A stretch of 64,000 bases of DNA, from assembly GCA_038861545.1 (NCBI GenBank), contig JAWCCZ010000001.1:224001-288000 (forward strand), read 5' to 3'. The notes under the pieces were generated by a model, which saw nothing but the letters and a program-made list of their open reading frames with translations, did no database searches and was not told the DNA's origin. Both the position numbers and the translations under genes were made by a program. Below, in pieces: positions 58,075 to 64,000 of the stretch. Each line of letters starts with the position of its first letter. Position 1 is the stretch's first letter. This DNA comes from Thermofilaceae archaeon (GTDB lineage: Archaea; Thermoproteota; Thermoprotei; Thermofilales; Thermofilaceae).

Positions 58075-59736
58075 GTGCATAAAGTTCGTCGGTTGGTAAT
58101 TACTATTTTTGCAGTCATTACCGTAGCATTTCTAGTATTTTTCGGAATATGGTTCTCGGGTAGAGGTAATCGGGCTCTTCGAATGAGGCTTCTCTATGAG
58201 GGCTGCAGATACGGGACTCCACCCAACCCCTTATTGGTTAGGAATTGGTTTGAGAAAGGGGAGATAGCATCTTTTGAGTTTGAAGTTGAGAATCCCCTTC
58301 AACAGGATTTGTGGGTCACGTTCTTGTTAAAGCCTCTGGGTACCGGCGACGCGCTGGTAGTCAAGGAAGAGACGGTTAAGGCGGGTGAGGGGAAAAGGAT
58401 TGCTTTTGAAGTTGACACAAGTAATTTGGAAATAGGGTTATACAAGGTTTCAGCAAACATAGGGGGAGTAGGGGAGATAGAAGCAAATACTGCCCCTTTT
58501 AATTTGACAAACCTGGATTCGTATCCTTGGCTGCTTGCCGTACTCAGTGGATCGGCTAAATGTTTAGAAGATTCACTCGATGGGTTACCTAAATTAATTG
58601 TTAGTAAGGGGCTGGGAGTAAATATTCACTTTATCGCTCCGGGAAAAGTGGAAAAGCTGGACTTGGATATGATCGCTTACGCCGGTTTCAATCTTATTAG
58701 GATGGATCTTTTCTGGCATGAGATTGAACGTAATATCGGGTCCCATGATTTCTCGAGTTATATTGCACTGACAAGTGAACTTAAAGAACGTGGTTTACGT
58801 CCCTTGTATATTCTCGACTACGGGAATCCTCTCTATGAAAACGGCTTACCCCCACGCACAGATAGTGGTGTAGCAGCCTTCGTTATGTATGCGAGAAGTT
58901 GCGCTGAAGTATTTAGAGATTATGCTATTTACGAAATCTGGAATGAACCTAACATCCCAGTTTTCTGGAAGCCATCACCTAACACAAGTGATTACGCACG
59001 ACTGGCAAAAGCAACGGTGCAGGGAATTCGAGAAGTATGTGGAAAGTGTACCATATTAGCTCCCGCAACATCCGGTGTAGATACGGATTTCATAACACAT
59101 ATTTCAATGTTAAAAGCTCTCGACCACGTCGACGCAGTTTCAGTTCACCCATATCGTAACTCACCGCCAGAAACCGCCTTAAACGATCTGGAGAATCTAA
59201 GGAATTTGACTGGTGATAGGGCAATAGCTATTAGCGAGTGGGGTTATCCCACTGGAGGGAGTTACGGGAATAAGGTCGATGTTATAAAGCAGGCACAATA
59301 CATCGTTAGAGTATATCTTGTTAGTTTACTGGCACGAGCTCCGATTACCATATTATACGACTGGAAGGACGATGGGTTATTACTCGAAGATAGTGAACAC
59401 AATTTCGGCCTGGTAGCGCATCACATAAGAGGTCTCGAATGGTTCATTATTAAGCCAGCATACTTTGCTATTTACAACTTTAACCGTTTGCTCTGTGGCT
59501 TTTCCCCTGCTGGTACACTAAATACTAATGGCGTGTACTCCTTAATACTTGAGAAAAACGGAGAAAAGCGAATTGTGCTATGGACTCAAGGTCCAGAAGT
59601 CGAAATTGAATTAAACTTGCAGGAATCCGAAATCGAAATATTGCATTTATTTGGGGGGGTCGAGCATTTATACTCAGAAAGCGGAACTTACATGGTCAGG
59701 GTAGATGGATCTCCCAAAATAGTAAGGTTGCCATGA
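58075..59736 (+). CDS. Membrane-anchored clan-A glycoside hydrolase (GH5/GH39-like) with an Ig-like domain
   Basis: YEIWNEPN acid/base, SVHPY, ISEWGY nucleophile and EHNFGL motifs; N-terminal TM. Confidence 0.82.
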   Translation: MHKVRRLVITIFAVITVAFLVFFGIWFSGRGNRALRMRLLYEGCRYGTPPNPLLVRNWFEKGEIASFEFEVENPLQQDLWVTFLLKPLGTGDALVVKEETVKAGEGKRIAFEVDTSNLEIGLYKVSANIGGVGEIEANTAPFNLTNLDSYPWLLAVLSGSAKCLEDSLDGLPKLIVSKGLGVNIHFIAPGKVEKLDLDMIAYAGFNLIRMDLFWHEIERNIGSHDFSSYIALTSELKERGLRPLYILDYGNPLYENGLPPRTDSGVAAFVMYARSCAEVFRDYAIYEIWNEPNIPVFWKPSPNTSDYARLAKATVQGIREVCGKCTILAPATSGVDTDFITHISMLKALDHVDAVSVHPYRNSPPETALNDLENLRNLTGDRAIAISEWGYPTGGSYGNKVDVIKQAQYIVRVYLVSLLARAPITILYDWKDDGLLLEDSEHNFGLVAHHIRGLEWFIIKPAYFAIYNFNRLLCGFSPAGTLNTNGVYSLILEKNGEKRIVLWTQGPEVEIELNLQESEIEILHLFGGVEHLYSESGTYMVRVDGSPKIVRLP

Positions 59737-59772
59737 TATCGAGCTTAATAACCGTAGGCGGGAGTAATTACT

Positions 59773-60696
59773 ATGAGTCGAGTTTACGCGGCTAAATGTG
59801 ATTCTCTAGGAGCTGGTATATCCGAGATTCTAAACTTAATAGAATTAGGGGATATAGGCGGGAAAGTTATTGTAAAAGTAAATTTTGTTTCAGCTTATGA
59901 GCCACTGTGCGCCACGCCTGTCGAGGCTGTTGAAGAGCTGGTCAAATTCCTCTCAAGTCGGTGTAGAATTATTATTGCTGAAGCGCCGACAATCGGCAGG
60001 TTTAAGGATGCTGTGCGAAGATACGGCTATGAAAGGCTCTTAGAGTATGGTGTTGAGTTTTTTGACTTGAGTGAGGATGACTACGAGGATTTCTACGTGT
60101 GGGGAAGAAACCTGAAGCGTGACATAAAAGTAAAGGTATCCAGAACCATACTGCAGTGCGATTGGTTAGTATCGCTGGTTCGCCCGAAAACTCACGATGC
60201 TGTAATCGTTACCTTGACCGTAAAAAATGTGGCAGTTGGTGCACTAGAACCAGGTAGCCGTCATAAAATTCATCAAGGCTATAAAGCTATGAACATTAAT
60301 CTGGCTTATCTAGCCACACGGCTGATGCCAAAATTATCCCTTATCGATGGCTATGTTGGTATGCAGGGAGCTGGTCCTACACGTGGTGCTCCTTGCATCC
60401 TAGGCGTCTCCCTTGGCGGCCGTAACGCGGTGTCTGTGGATGCTATGGCAGCGACTATAATAGGTTTTAACCCATTCGATATTGGGTACCTTTATTACAT
60501 TTCGAAATGGGGTTATGGGTCGATAGGCCCCAATGACATCAAAGTAGTAGGGCTACAGGATTGGCGACTTTACGCGAAAAGTTTTCAACCTCATCCCAAT
60601 TTTCAACGTCAACTTGAGTGGAGGCTTAGGTCAGACGAGCTCGTAAAGGTTGAAGAAGAACTAGTGGATGAAGGTGTTATCCGCGAAGCTCCGTAA
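59773..60696 (+). CDS. DUF362 family protein
   Basis: VIVKVNFV, PKTHD..VTLTVKN, IDG..GMQG.GP and AVSVD motifs. Confidence 0.85.
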   Translation: MSRVYAAKCDSLGAGISEILNLIELGDIGGKVIVKVNFVSAYEPLCATPVEAVEELVKFLSSRCRIIIAEAPTIGRFKDAVRRYGYERLLEYGVEFFDLSEDDYEDFYVWGRNLKRDIKVKVSRTILQCDWLVSLVRPKTHDAVIVTLTVKNVAVGALEPGSRHKIHQGYKAMNINLAYLATRLMPKLSLIDGYVGMQGAGPTRGAPCILGVSLGGRNAVSVDAMAATIIGFNPFDIGYLYYISKWGYGSIGPNDIKVVGLQDWRLYAKSFQPHPNFQRQLEWRLRSDELVKVEEELVDEGVIREAP

Positions 60697-60727
60697 CTTG
60701 TTTTAAAGAGTATCTGCACCCCATCCT

Positions 60728-61897
60728 ATGAAGTATTTGAACTTTAAACGATATGAGAAAGTTTTAGAAGAAAATAGGAGAAGACTTGAAACCGTAAGGG
60801 GTTTCGAGGAACCTGATCGTGTTCCAGTGATCATTAACATTCAAGGTCCGTATTATGCCCGCCTTTTCAATATTCCTCTCTCCATATACTATAGAGATTT
60901 GAAGGTTATGCTGGACGTGCAAGTGAAAGGCCTCGAGTGGAAATTAAACTGGCTTAAAGATGACCTAGTTTACATGGGAGTGAGCCTGGATTGGGGCCCT
61001 ATTACTGAAGGCGTGTTCTTTAACTGTGAAATTATTATGCCAGATCAGAAGACTCCATGGCGAAGCCCTTGGATAATACCTTCTATTAAATCATTGGAGG
61101 ATATAGATAGGCTGGAAGTTCCAGATCCTCGGCAACATAAGGAAGTGAAGAAGTTCTACAGTCAGTTAGAAGAACTACGTAGGTTAGCCCGAGAGTACTA
61201 CGAGGGGTTACCGGTGGGGGGCATGTTTCAGATACATCCTCCGGTTTCTGCGGCTGGATCGCTGCTGGGCCCTCAAAGGCTCTACACGTGGATGATCAAG
61301 TACCCTGATGAAATGCATAAACTTTTCAAGAAGTTAGAGGAAGCTTACGTACTCCTGCAAGAGCACTACTACGAGGTAACCTCAAGTGAGCCCGGTTACT
61401 TGGGTTTAAACGATGACCACGCAGGCTACCTAAGTAGGAAGTTATATGAGAAATTCGCTTTACCTTATAATACCCGTCTCTATGAGCGGTTTGGGACTAA
61501 ATACCGTTATCTTCATATGGATTCACGCATGGACCATATCACCGATATTGTTAGAGACGTGTACAAAGTTAAGTATGTGGACGTTGGTGTAGAAAACGAT
61601 ATTAGTATAATTGCGAGAGAGTTTAAAGGTAAAGTCATAATAGATGGCAATGCCGATTGGCGTGTTCTACTTTGCGGTGAGTTCGAGCTTATTGAACGCG
61701 AAGTAGAGAAGTGTATATATTATGCAGCCCCTGGAGGCGGTTACGTTTTCGACAACGGCGGGGAAACATATGCAGAGGTTCCACCAGAGGCGTTGAAATA
61801 CGAAGTAGAGTATGCAAAAAATGTTGGTAGGTATCCTATAAATTTAGATAACTTCAAACATGAGTTTAGATATATAAAAAGAGATGGATTGGACTAG
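60728..61897 (+). CDS. UroD/MtaA (uroporphyrinogen decarboxylase-like) family protein
   Basis: EPDRVPV, KFALPY, LHMD, GN and GGGYVF...EVPPE motifs. Lacks the HemE RQAGR motif. Confidence 0.8.
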   Translation: MKYLNFKRYEKVLEENRRRLETVRGFEEPDRVPVIINIQGPYYARLFNIPLSIYYRDLKVMLDVQVKGLEWKLNWLKDDLVYMGVSLDWGPITEGVFFNCEIIMPDQKTPWRSPWIIPSIKSLEDIDRLEVPDPRQHKEVKKFYSQLEELRRLAREYYEGLPVGGMFQIHPPVSAAGSLLGPQRLYTWMIKYPDEMHKLFKKLEEAYVLLQEHYYEVTSSEPGYLGLNDDHAGYLSRKLYEKFALPYNTRLYERFGTKYRYLHMDSRMDHITDIVRDVYKVKYVDVGVENDISIIAREFKGKVIIDGNADWRVLLCGEFELIEREVEKCIYYAAPGGGYVFDNGGETYAEVPPEALKYEVEYAKNVGRYPINLDNFKHEFRYIKRDGLD

Positions 61898-61911
61898 TAG
61901 TTATTTAACTA

Positions 61912-64000
<2,089 letters not shown>

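Noticed and set aside
60728-61897. True HemE in heme synthesis
   Set aside because: It lacks the RQAGR motif and has no tetrapyrrole gene context.

Overview
Archaeal chromosomal segment, most consistent with Thermoproteota and probably Thermofilaceae. This rests on the gar1-tfb-TFEbeta/Rpc34-thpR-cca cluster, a crenarchaeal pyruvoyl arginine decarboxylase, a tRNA-Ala(GGC) with a variable-loop intron and many apparently leaderless genes. About 55 coding regions cover information processing, purine salvage, proteolysis and sugar/galactan use (GH53, GH2, a clan-A GH, aldolase, a very long transaldolase, three DUF362 proteins, a UroD-like protein). No CRISPR array, rRNA or intact mobile element was seen. 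Main points: (1) an uncharacterised multi-gene membrane system at 16.9-33.5 kb. It has a 1502-aa FtsX-like permease fused to a PA domain and a catalytically degenerate M28 peptidase fold, two divergently transcribed OPT-like polytopic proteins sharing mirror-image TATA boxes, and a second FtsX-like paralogue whose intact 3' part ends in a CARF-like Rossmann domain. No ABC ATPase is present in the window. (2) An apparently circularly permuted GH53 galactanase. (3) A possible intramembrane-proteolysis signalling module: membrane-tethered wHTH, secreted protein and AN1-M50 protease. All family calls come from motif recognition by eye; no database search was run.
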